DNA from: a bacterium
GTDB lineage: Bacteria > Sysuimicrobiota > Sysuimicrobiia > Sysuimicrobiales > Humicultoraceae
Length of the DNA stretch: 13,076 bases
Direction: 5' to 3'
NCBI GenBank assembly: GCA_041497675.1
Contig: JBGQGY010000104.1
Location: 1 to 13,076 of the forward strand
The notes below the pieces were generated by a model, which saw only the letters and a program-made list of their open reading frames with translations, was not told the DNA's origin and did no database searches. Below are positions 1 to 7,162 of this stretch, piece by piece (within the stretch, counting starts at the first letter, position 1; every line of letters begins with the position of its first letter). The translations under genes were made by a program, and so were the position numbers.

Positions 1-746
1 ACCACCGGGAACGTCAGACTCTTCAAGAAATGGGCCTCCCAGAGACGGTCGAAGGCCTCGCTCGCCATCCCATGTAATGCGGCGACCGCGAGCAAGACGA
101 CGAGGACCGATTGCCCTCGAACCGTCCGGAAGCCCGCGGTCAACGTCTGCCGGAACGACGGCCGCACCGCGGGGTGTTGGTGGCGGCGCGGGACGAAACC
201 GCGCTCGGGCATCACAAAGATCAAGACCGCGCCGAGCACCACGTAGAGAATCCCACCCACCAAGATGGGCAGGTGCAGCCGAAGACTGCCCAGGACGGCA
301 CCCAGCGCGATCCCCGCCAGACCTCCGATCTGCTCCGCCTGCAAACCGCGGACGAAGAGCCGAGCTACGTGCGAGTCTCCCACTTCGTCGGAGATCCAGG
401 CGGCCTCAGCCCCGCTGGTGAAGGTGGTCCCCAGACCCCACAATGCCTGCCCGAACAACGCGGCCGCAAAAATCGGGAAGAACCCCCACACGACGAACCC
501 GGCGCCCATCAAGAACATCCCGACGATGATCGAGAGCCGCCGGCTGTAGACATCGGCAACCACGCCGGTCGGCACCTCGAAGAGAAACACCGTCGCCTCG
601 AGGGCCGTGCCCACGAGCACCAACTGCAGCGGTGTCAGGCCGATCACGGTGACGAAGTACACGCCCATCGCGACTTCGGCCAAAAAGAAGGCGAATGCCG
701 ACATGCCCCTGATAAGGAGATAAATCGACGGGGCTCGCGCCGTCAT
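1..746 (-). CDS. MFS transporter, TetA(P)-like/DHA3 family, N-terminal half (runs off the left edge)
   Basis: Not in the ORF track. Translated by hand from the ATG at 746: MTARAPSIYLLIRGMSAFAFFLAEVAMGVYFVTVIGLTPLQLVLVGTALEATVFLFEVPTGVVADVYSRRLSIIVG...FTSGAEAAWISDEVG...SEAFDRLWEAHFL. It has several hydrophobic helices, MFS motif A (GxxADxxSRR) and the PLQLVLVGT..E...FEVPTG signature typical of TetA(P)-like proteins. The start overlaps the exonuclease stop (ATGA, 743-746). Confidence 0.9.
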   Translation of the reverse strand, partial: MTARAPSIYLLIRGMSAFAFFLAEVAMGVYFVTVIGLTPLQLVLVGTALEATVFLFEVPTGVVADVYSRRLSIIVGMFLMGAGFVVWGFFPIFAAALFGQALWGLGTTFTSGAEAAWISDEVGDSHVARLFVRGLQAEQIGGLAGIALGAVLGSLRLHLPILVGGILYVVLGAVLIFVMPERGFVPRRHQHPAVRPSFRQTLTAGFRTVRGQSVLVVLLAVAALHGMASEAFDRLWEAHFLKSLTFPV

Positions 747-1573
747 GGCGCGAGGGACCGGACGCCGGTCTCGTGTGCGAGCCGCGTTAGGCGCGCCGCG
801 TTCGGCGCGGTGACGCGGAGATTCGTGCCGGGGGTCTTGAGCCGTACCGGTTCGAGCCGCGCGAGCCGCTTGTTCAGCAGGATGCGGTCGCGCATCGGCT
901 CGATCCGCCGTCTGGCGGCCGGTGCGGCTGTGTCGAGTGCAGCCAACAGGTCCTCGACGGTGGCATGGCTGCGCAACAGACCGGCCGCCGTCTTGACGCC
1001 GATCCCGTGCACGCCGGGGATATCGTCGGAGGGATCCCCGACCAGCGCCTTCAGGTCGGGCACCTGCTCGGGGCGAACGCCAAAACGCGAGACCACATCC
1101 GCCGGTGCGATCTCGGCCAACTCCGACACGCCCCGCACCGGTACCAGGAGATGCACGCGGTCGGAGACGAGTTGATAGAAGTCGCGATCGTTGCTGATGA
1201 TGCGCGCGGGCAGGCGGCGGTGCCGGTGCAGCAACGTGGCAATGATATCATCCGCCTCGTACCCGGGCTCGAGAAACGAGTGCAGGCCAAGCGCGTCGAC
1301 CAGTCGCATGGCGTAGGGCAGCTGGACTTTGATCTCTTCTGGGTGTTCGTAGTGATTGATCTTGTAGCGGGGATCGAGCGCGTGCCTCCGCAGCGGCGGG
1401 TCGGCAGTGAAGGCCACGGCCGCATGTGTCGGCGTATGGGTGCGAAGCAGCACGCGCAGCATCGCGGCAAACCCGTGCAGGGCATTCGTCGGCATGCCCG
1501 CGTCGTTGGTAAAATGAGGGACGGCGAAAGCGGCACGATACAGGAGACCGTCGCCGTCAATCAAGTACAACAT
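743..1573 (-). CDS. Stand-alone 5'-3' exonuclease/flap endonuclease (Pol I N-terminal domain family), 276 aa
   Basis: Motifs LIDG..LYRA, PTNA..GF, YK, GYEADD, SNDRD..QL and the helix-3-turn-helix motif LVGDPSDDIPGVHGIGVKTA. It stops after 276 aa with no polymerase domain. Confidence 0.93.
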   Translation of the reverse strand: MLYLIDGDGLLYRAAFAVPHFTNDAGMPTNALHGFAAMLRVLLRTHTPTHAAVAFTADPPLRRHALDPRYKINHYEHPEEIKVQLPYAMRLVDALGLHSFLEPGYEADDIIATLLHRHRRLPARIISNDRDFYQLVSDRVHLLVPVRGVSELAEIAPADVVSRFGVRPEQVPDLKALVGDPSDDIPGVHGIGVKTAAGLLRSHATVEDLLAALDTAAPAARRRIEPMRDRILLNKRLARLEPVRLKTPGTNLRVTAPNAARLTRLAHETGVRSLAP

Positions 1574-1579
1574 AGGAGG
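1574..1579 (+). promoter_or_regulatory. Shine-Dalgarno site of phhB
   Basis: AGGAGG lies 8 nt upstream of the ATG at 1588. Confidence 0.8.
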
Positions 1580-1587
1580 AGCAGATC

Positions 1588-1935
1588 ATGAGCACGCTGA
1601 CCGCGATGACGTGCACCGCCTGCCGGGTCGGCGAACCCACGGTGACCGACGCTGAGATCGCCCAGTATCACCCGCTCGTCTCCGAGTGGCAGATCGTGGA
1701 GCGCGACGGGATCAAACGCCTCCGGCGCCTCTTCAAGATGAAGGACTTCGCCGCCGCGCTGGTGTTCACGAACGCCGTCGGCACACTCGCTGAAGCTGAG
1801 GGTCATCACCCGGCCATCTTGACCGAATGGGGCCGGGTGACAGTCGAGTGGTGGACCCACAAGATCAGGGGGCTGCATCGCAACGATTTCATCATGGCAG
1901 CGAAGACGGATGCGCTAGTGCGGGCGGGTCAGTGA
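1588..1935 (+). CDS. phhB: Pterin-4-alpha-carbinolamine dehydratase, 115 aa
   Basis: Catalytic motif EAEGHHP...W.........H...D (EAEGHHPAILTEWGRVTVEWWTHKIRGLHRNDFIMAA), N-terminal CxxC (CTAC) as in Pseudomonas-type PhhB, and a strong SD. Confidence 0.93.
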   Translation: MSTLTAMTCTACRVGEPTVTDAEIAQYHPLVSEWQIVERDGIKRLRRLFKMKDFAAALVFTNAVGTLAEAEGHHPAILTEWGRVTVEWWTHKIRGLHRNDFIMAAKTDALVRAGQ

Positions 1936-2907
1936 AGGCAGCCGCCGCGAAAGGATCTCGTGCGCCTCGCGAACCATGTCGGCCACGACCTGCGCGGCCG
2001 GCTTGATGGCGTTGATCAGACCGGCGTCCTGACCAAAGAAGACTATCGCCTGGTCCGCGTCGCCTGCCTGGCGCGCGACCAGCGTCTCGGCGGCGAGAGC
2101 CGGCTGGCGCATGCGGACCTCCCACTCGCGTCCGGACCACTGCCGGATCAGCGCATTTCTCCAGACTCGCGAGAACGCGCCGGGCCAGACGCGGCCGCTG
2201 ATGAGATCGGGAATCTCGGTCACGTCGGTGTCGTGGCCGTCGCTGTCGATGATGGCCTGTTTGAAATTCTGGTGGATCGGCGCCTCGGACGTGGCCAGGA
2301 ACCGCGTCCCGACGAGCACCCCGTCGGCCCCGAGCGCCAGCGCCGCGGCAAGCCCTCGTCCGTCGGCGATGCCGCCGGCGGCCAGAACCGGTTTCGGCGC
2401 GACCGCCGCCACTACCTGAGGGATCAGCGCCATCGCACCCATCACGCCGATGTGCCCGCCGCCCTCCATGCCCTGCGCAACGACAGCGTCGGCGCCCGCC
2501 CCGGCCGCGCGGGTGGCTTCGTGAACGCTGGAGACCATGTGCATGACCTTTGAACCAGCCGCGTGCGCCCGGGCAAAGATCGCGTCGAGCGGCTGATCGA
2601 TCCTCGGCCAGGCAAACGACATCACCGCCGGCCGCTCGGCCAGCATCGCATCGAGCAGCGCGTCTTCCCTGCCGAAGAGCAACAGGTTCAGCCCGAACGG
2701 CGCCGTTGTGAGCTGGCGGATGCGGGCCACGGTCCGGCGGAGGTCGTCGGGCGTCTGGCGGCTCCCGCCGTGGATGCCGAGCCCGCCGGCATTCGAGACC
2801 GCGGCAATGAGTTCGGCGGCCGTGTGACCCGCCATCCCGCCGAGGACCACCGGATGCCGGATCCCGAGCAAGTCGCAGACAGGCGTATGGATGTGCGGCG
2901 TGTCCAT
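1915..2907 (-). CDS. Nitronate monooxygenase / FabK-like FMN-dependent TIM-barrel oxidoreductase
   Basis: Motifs LGIRHPVVLGGM, AAVSNAGGLG, PFGLN, QGMEGGGH (catalytic His), AAGGIADGRG and GTRF...EA. Start is the ATG at 2907 (TGATG overlap with the upstream stop) or the GTG at 2910. Confidence 0.9.
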   Translation of the reverse strand: MDTPHIHTPVCDLLGIRHPVVLGGMAGHTAAELIAAVSNAGGLGIHGGSRQTPDDLRRTVARIRQLTTAPFGLNLLLFGREDALLDAMLAERPAVMSFAWPRIDQPLDAIFARAHAAGSKVMHMVSSVHEATRAAGAGADAVVAQGMEGGGHIGVMGAMALIPQVVAAVAPKPVLAAGGIADGRGLAAALALGADGVLVGTRFLATSEAPIHQNFKQAIIDSDGHDTDVTEIPDLISGRVWPGAFSRVWRNALIRQWSGREWEVRMRQPALAAETLVARQAGDADQAIVFFGQDAGLINAIKPAAQVVADMVREAHEILSRRLPSLTRPH

Positions 2908-4286
2908 CACAGCATCACCGTCCGGTTTCTACGGACCCAACGGCCCCGCCCGCGTTGGGCGGTGACCACTCCGTTCTCGAACACGACTTCGCCCCGGCTG
3001 ATCGTGCACGCGGGGCCACCGCGCACCTGGCGGCCGTCATACACCGAGTAGCCCGCCTTCGAATACATGCCGGCGCCGTCGATCGTCCGGCGCGTCTCCG
3101 CGTCCCAGATGACCAGGTCGGCGTCGGACCCGACGGCAATCGTCCCTTTTTGCGGATACATCCCAAACAATTTCGCGGTATTCGTCGACGTGAGTTCCAC
3201 GAACCGGCTCAGCGAGACGCGGCCGCCCCACACGCCTTCCGAGTACAACATCGGCATCAGCGTCTCGAGATCGGCTACCCCCGGCCGGAACGAACCCACG
3301 TCGAGCGCGGGATCGAGTTTCTGTCTCAGGCTCCACGGCGCGTGATCGCTGCACAGACACTGGATCTCGCCGCTCCATAACCCGTTCCAAATCGCGTCCA
3401 AATCGGTGGTCGTTCGAACCGGCGGGTTGCCGACATATTTGGCAGCGTCTGCTTGCTCGAAAACATCGCGTGTAAGATACAGATACAACGGGCGCGTCTC
3501 GACGTAAACGGGCACGCCGCCGGCCCGCGCGCGCCTGCAGGCCGCCAGCGCCGCGGCAGATGACAAGTGTACGACGTAGATGGGCGACCCGGTGGCGCGC
3601 GAGAACGCGATCGCGCGCTCGACCGCCGCCGATTCGGTGTAGTCGGGGCGGCTGTCGGGATAGTGCCGGGCCTCGCCCAGACCTTGTGCGACGAGCTCGC
3701 GGCAGATGCAGCGGATCATCGGGCCGTCCTCGCAGTGCACCATCGACAGCGTCCCGCTGCGCCCGGCGATGCGGATCGCATCGATGTACGCCATCACGTG
3801 GCGGTCGAAGTGATCCAGCACCATGAAGATCTTCAGGCTCGTGTGACCGTCGGCCGCCAACCCCGGGATCTCTCCCAGCGCGGCCTCGGTCGGATGCATC
3901 AACACCGGATGCAGAATGTAGTCGGCGGCGGCGTCCCGTCGGGCGGCCGTCAGGTCGCGGGCCAGAGCGTCGCGCAGCGATTCGCCTTCGCGCTGGAAGG
4001 TCATGTTGCCGACCGTCGTGATGCCGCCGGCGATGGCGGCCTGCGAGCCGCTGTAGAAATCGTCGACCCAGACCTCGCGCCCCGACCCCGGATCGATGGG
4101 CGATGAAAGATGCACGTGCACGTCGACGCCGCCGGGGAAGACGTAGCGGCCGTCCGCATTGATCTCGCGGCGGCCACGCAGGTCTGTACCGATCTGGGCG
4201 ATCTTCTCGCCCTCGACGCCCACGTCGCAGCGGCCCATGCTGCCCGACGTGACGACCGTGCCGCCCTTGATGACCAGATCAAACAT
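2907..4286 (-). CDS. Cyclic amidohydrolase, dihydropyrimidinase/D-hydantoinase-like, about 459 aa
   Basis: PGGVDVHVH (two metal His), SLKIFM (carbamylated Lys), VHCED, VVHLSS, SDHAP and KGTIAVGSDADLVIWD. Start reassigned from 4430 to the ATG at 4286 (MFDLVIKGGTVV). The GTG at 4295, overlapping the ferritin stop, is an alternative. Confidence 0.9.
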   Translation of the reverse strand: MFDLVIKGGTVVTSGSMGRCDVGVEGEKIAQIGTDLRGRREINADGRYVFPGGVDVHVHLSSPIDPGSGREVWVDDFYSGSQAAIAGGITTVGNMTFQREGESLRDALARDLTAARRDAAADYILHPVLMHPTEAALGEIPGLAADGHTSLKIFMVLDHFDRHVMAYIDAIRIAGRSGTLSMVHCEDGPMIRCICRELVAQGLGEARHYPDSRPDYTESAAVERAIAFSRATGSPIYVVHLSSAAALAACRRARAGGVPVYVETRPLYLYLTRDVFEQADAAKYVGNPPVRTTTDLDAIWNGLWSGEIQCLCSDHAPWSLRQKLDPALDVGSFRPGVADLETLMPMLYSEGVWGGRVSLSRFVELTSTNTAKLFGMYPQKGTIAVGSDADLVIWDAETRRTIDGAGMYSKAGYSVYDGRQVRGGPACTISRGEVVFENGVVTAQRGRGRWVRRNRTVML

Positions 4287-4291
4287 CGCGA

Positions 4292-4795
4292 TCACCCAGT
4301 CTTCGCGTCGCCACTCTCGCGGGCGAGATACTGCTCCACCAGTAAGAGGTTGCCCTCGCCGGCCCGCCGCACCACGCTCAGCAGCGCGCTCATGCTGGAG
4401 ACTTCTTCCAATTGCTCCTCCACGAACCACTGGAGAACGTTCTGCGTGGTGTAGTCGCGCTCCGTGATGGCGAGGGTGACTAGACTATGGATCTGGCGCG
4501 TGACCTCTTCTTCCCAGTCCAGTGAGAGCTGGACCGCCTGCTCGGCGTTGGTAAACGCACCCTTTGGCGCCGCCACGGCGGGGATCGCCGCCGAGCCGCC
4601 GGCCTCGACGACGTAGTGGACGAACCGCATCGCGTGGTCGCGCTCCTCATCCGCCTGACGATAAAAGTGCTTGGCCAGACGCGGTAGTGTCTGCGCGTCG
4701 AAGTGGGCGGCGATCGCGATGTACTGGAAGAACGCGCCGAACTCGCGGCCGACCTGCTCGTTAATGGCCGTATTCATTTTCTGACTGATCAACAT
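4292..4795 (-). CDS. ftnA: Non-heme bacterial ferritin (FtnA type), 167 aa
   Basis: Ferroxidase-centre pattern: NEQVGREF...QY, QADEERDHA, LDWEEEVT, LQWFVEEQLEE. Start reassigned to the ATG at 4795, with SD GGGAGG at 4800-4805. Confidence 0.9.
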   Translation of the reverse strand: MLISQKMNTAINEQVGREFGAFFQYIAIAAHFDAQTLPRLAKHFYRQADEERDHAMRFVHYVVEAGGSAAIPAVAAPKGAFTNAEQAVQLSLDWEEEVTRQIHSLVTLAITERDYTTQNVLQWFVEEQLEEVSSMSALLSVVRRAGEGNLLLVEQYLARESGDAKTG

Positions 4796-4820
4796 GACGC
4801 CTCCCGTCGTGCCTGAGTGT

Positions 4821-6179
4821 CTATCCTTGCCGTCTGAACACCCGGCTCGACCGCAGCCAGACGATCTTGCCCGAGGCGTCGCGGAGGAATTCACCGCGGC
4901 GTCCCTTCATCGGACCGTCCAGCACCACGAACCGGTCTTCGCCGACGTACGCCGTGTGCATCGTGGGTGGGGCCGGCGGCGGCGGTGTATCCTTCAATGG
5001 AAACCCGCCCTTCGGGGTGACCTTGAGCGCCAACCTGCCGCCATCGAGGACGATGTCGAGATCGGTCAATGCGCCCGCATAACGCCCAATGTACTCGCGC
5101 AGCCGCTCCGCCGGCACGGCGACTGGCTGCGGCTCTGGAACCTCGATGTTCAGGTAGTGCGCCAGGGCCCACCGCACGATCTCGTCGTGCAGCAGGCTGC
5201 CCGATTCGGCGTTGGTCAGGACAGTCACCGCGAATCCCCGCTCGGGGATCATCGCAAACGCGGACAGCTGGCCGTTGGTGGCGCCGCCGTGACGCACCAT
5301 CCGGGCGCCGCCAACCCGCCTGAGCCCCCACGTGATGCCCCACTCATCGCCGCTCTCGGCCGCCACGTGCCGCGATTGCATTTCTTTCATCGACGCTGGG
5401 GTGAGCACGCGCGTGCCGTCCGGTCCTGTGCCATCCCCAAGATGAAACCTCGCGTATCGAAGTTGATCCCGCACCGTTGAAGTGACGCCGCCCGCAGGGT
5501 GTGCGCAGCGCGGCAGCGGCCAGGGGGTGGCCACGGTGGTCTTGCCGTCGCGGGTGTGATGGCCGACCGCGACGCGGTGGACGATCGCGTCCGCCGCAAA
5601 GAAGAACGATCGCGTCATGCCCAGGGGATCGAAGACCAGTTCTTTGACGGCGGCTTCGTAAGGCTTGCCCGAGACGACTTCGATGACCCGGCCCGCCAGA
5701 TAGTACCCGGAGTTGCTGTAGGACCAGAGCTCGCCCAACCGCGCGAGCTGGGGGAGCGCGGCCATGGCCTCGACCATCCGCTGCAGCGCGTCGTCGCCGG
5801 ATCCAAAATCATCGAAGTAGTCGCCCAACCAGCCCCCGGTATGTGTGAATAGGTGGCGCAGTGTGACGCTCGCCTCGGCCTCCGGATCGACCATCCGCAG
5901 CCGGGGCAGGTAGGTGCGGACCGGTGCGTCGAGATCGAGTTTCCCCATCTCGACCAACCGCATGGCCGTGGTGCCGGTCACGGTCTTGGTGGTCGAACCG
6001 ATCTGAAACAAGGTATCCCCGTCGACCGGGAGCGGGTGGTCGACGTTCGTCACGCCAAACCCGGCCACGGTCTCCTCGCCCTGGTGGAGAATGCCCACGG
6101 CGACCCCTGGAACGCGCAGCCGCGCCATGGCTTCGGTGACGCGCGTCGCAAGCGCCTCGTTGTGCTGTCGTTCAGCCAC
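4821..6179 (-). CDS. Serine hydrolase of the beta-lactamase/D-aminopeptidase (class C-like) fold with a C-terminal extension, 452 aa
   Basis: FQIGSTTK (SxxK), LFTHTGG, YSNSGY (YxN) and HGG. No signal peptide is apparent. GTG start with SD GGAGGAG at 6185-6191. Confidence 0.9.
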   Translation of the reverse strand: MAERQHNEALATRVTEAMARLRVPGVAVGILHQGEETVAGFGVTNVDHPLPVDGDTLFQIGSTTKTVTGTTAMRLVEMGKLDLDAPVRTYLPRLRMVDPEAEASVTLRHLFTHTGGWLGDYFDDFGSGDDALQRMVEAMAALPQLARLGELWSYSNSGYYLAGRVIEVVSGKPYEAAVKELVFDPLGMTRSFFFAADAIVHRVAVGHHTRDGKTTVATPWPLPRCAHPAGGVTSTVRDQLRYARFHLGDGTGPDGTRVLTPASMKEMQSRHVAAESGDEWGITWGLRRVGGARMVRHGGATNGQLSAFAMIPERGFAVTVLTNAESGSLLHDEIVRWALAHYLNIEVPEPQPVAVPAERLREYIGRYAGALTDLDIVLDGGRLALKVTPKGGFPLKDTPPPPAPPTMHTAYVGEDRFVVLDGPMKGRRGEFLRDASGKIVWLRSSRVFRRQG

Positions 6180-6199
6180 CGGAACTCCTCCGCACCGGG

Positions 6200-7162
6200 T
6201 TACGGCACTTCACCGTTGAGGATCGCGGCGAGCTTCGCCGTGTCGATATTGCCGCCCGATATCACACAAACGATCTTTCCGGTCCCGGCCTTCCCGGCCA
6301 GGGCCGCGGCCACCGATGCCCCACCGGCCCCCTCGGCGATCACGCGATTGCGCTCGGCCAGCAGCCGGATCGCCGCCGCGACGTCACCGAGCGACATCAC
6401 CAGGGAAGCGTCGAGCAGCCGTCGGGCCAGCGGCCACATCTCCGGGAGCACAAACGGCGCGCCGATACCGTCTACGAAGCTGGGCGTATACGTGACGTCC
6501 CGGGGCGCGCCTGCCGCGAGCGATGCGTGGAGCGGCGCGGCGGTTTCGACTTCGCAGGCGAACACGCGCACACCCGGTTTCATCGCGCGCACCGCCGACG
6601 CGATGCCGCAGGATAGCCCGCCCCCACCGAAGGGGATCACGATCGTATCGACGTCGGGGAGATCCTCGAGAATCTCTAGACCGATCGTGCCGTTGCCCGC
6701 GATCACCGCGGGATCGCTGACCGGGTGGATGAAGAGTCCCCGCAGGCCGTCGAAGCGATGGTTGCGGACAATCTCGATCCATTGCGCAAATGGGACTTTG
6801 ACGATCGACGCGCCCAACCGGGTGATGGCCGCGAGTTTGGTCTGCGGCGCGTGGTCGGGCACGACCACGCTACACGAGACGCCCATCCGGCGGGCATGCC
6901 AGGCCACGCCTTGCGCCATGTTACCGGCGCTCGCCGTGTACACCCCTTGGGCCAGGCGCGTGGCGCCGGCCAGCAACATCGCATTCCCCGCGCCGCGTAC
7001 TTTGAACGAGCCGATCGGTTGCAGGTTCTCCAGCTTCAGGTAGATCTCGGCGGGCGCGTCATCGACGTTGAGGCGGACCATGGGTGTCCGCGGGACGATG
7101 CCCGCCAGACGCACTCTGGCCGCCTGGATCTCTGGGAGAGGCGCGGGTTCAAGCCGTTCCAT
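6200..7162 (-). CDS. PLP-dependent Ser/Thr dehydratase family protein (fold type II, no ACT domain), 320 aa
   Basis: LKLENLQPIGSFKVRGA (PLP Lys), TASAGN, GTIGLEI, PFGGGGL and ISGGNID. It overlaps the upstream NmrA-like gene by 14 bp. Confidence 0.92.
   Translation of the reverse strand: MERLEPAPLPEIQAARVRLAGIVPRTPMVRLNVDDAPAEIYLKLENLQPIGSFKVRGAGNAMLLAGATRLAQGVYTASAGNMAQGVAWHARRMGVSCSVVVPDHAPQTKLAAITRLGASIVKVPFAQWIEIVRNHRFDGLRGLFIHPVSDPAVIAGNGTIGLEILEDLPDVDTIVIPFGGGGLSCGIASAVRAMKPGVRVFACEVETAAPLHASLAAGAPRDVTYTPSFVDGIGAPFVLPEMWPLARRLLDASLVMSLGDVAAAIRLLAERNRVIAEGAGGASVAAALAGKAGTGKIVCVISGGNIDTAKLAAILNGEVP

Noticed and set aside
111..1175. 354-aa plus-strand ORF and other long plus-strand ORFs (5853-7043, 7068-8099, 7409-8836)
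   Set aside because: They are antisense shadows of well-supported minus-strand genes. They are Arg/Pro/Ala-rich with no family motifs, as expected in high-GC DNA with few stop codons.
743..1573. Truncated polA pseudogene
   Set aside because: The stop is clean and coupled to the next gene, no polymerase remnants follow, and the length matches stand-alone 5'-3' exonucleases.
4296..4430. Extended hydantoinase N-terminus (and likewise the ferritin extension 4796-4894)
   Set aside because: Both overlap neighbouring genes in another frame. Family homology begins at the downstream starts.
4821..6179. Class C beta-lactamase / antibiotic-resistance call
   Set aside because: It has HGG rather than KTG, an LxxHxxG motif, no signal peptide and a catabolic context, all pointing to a cytoplasmic esterase/amidase.
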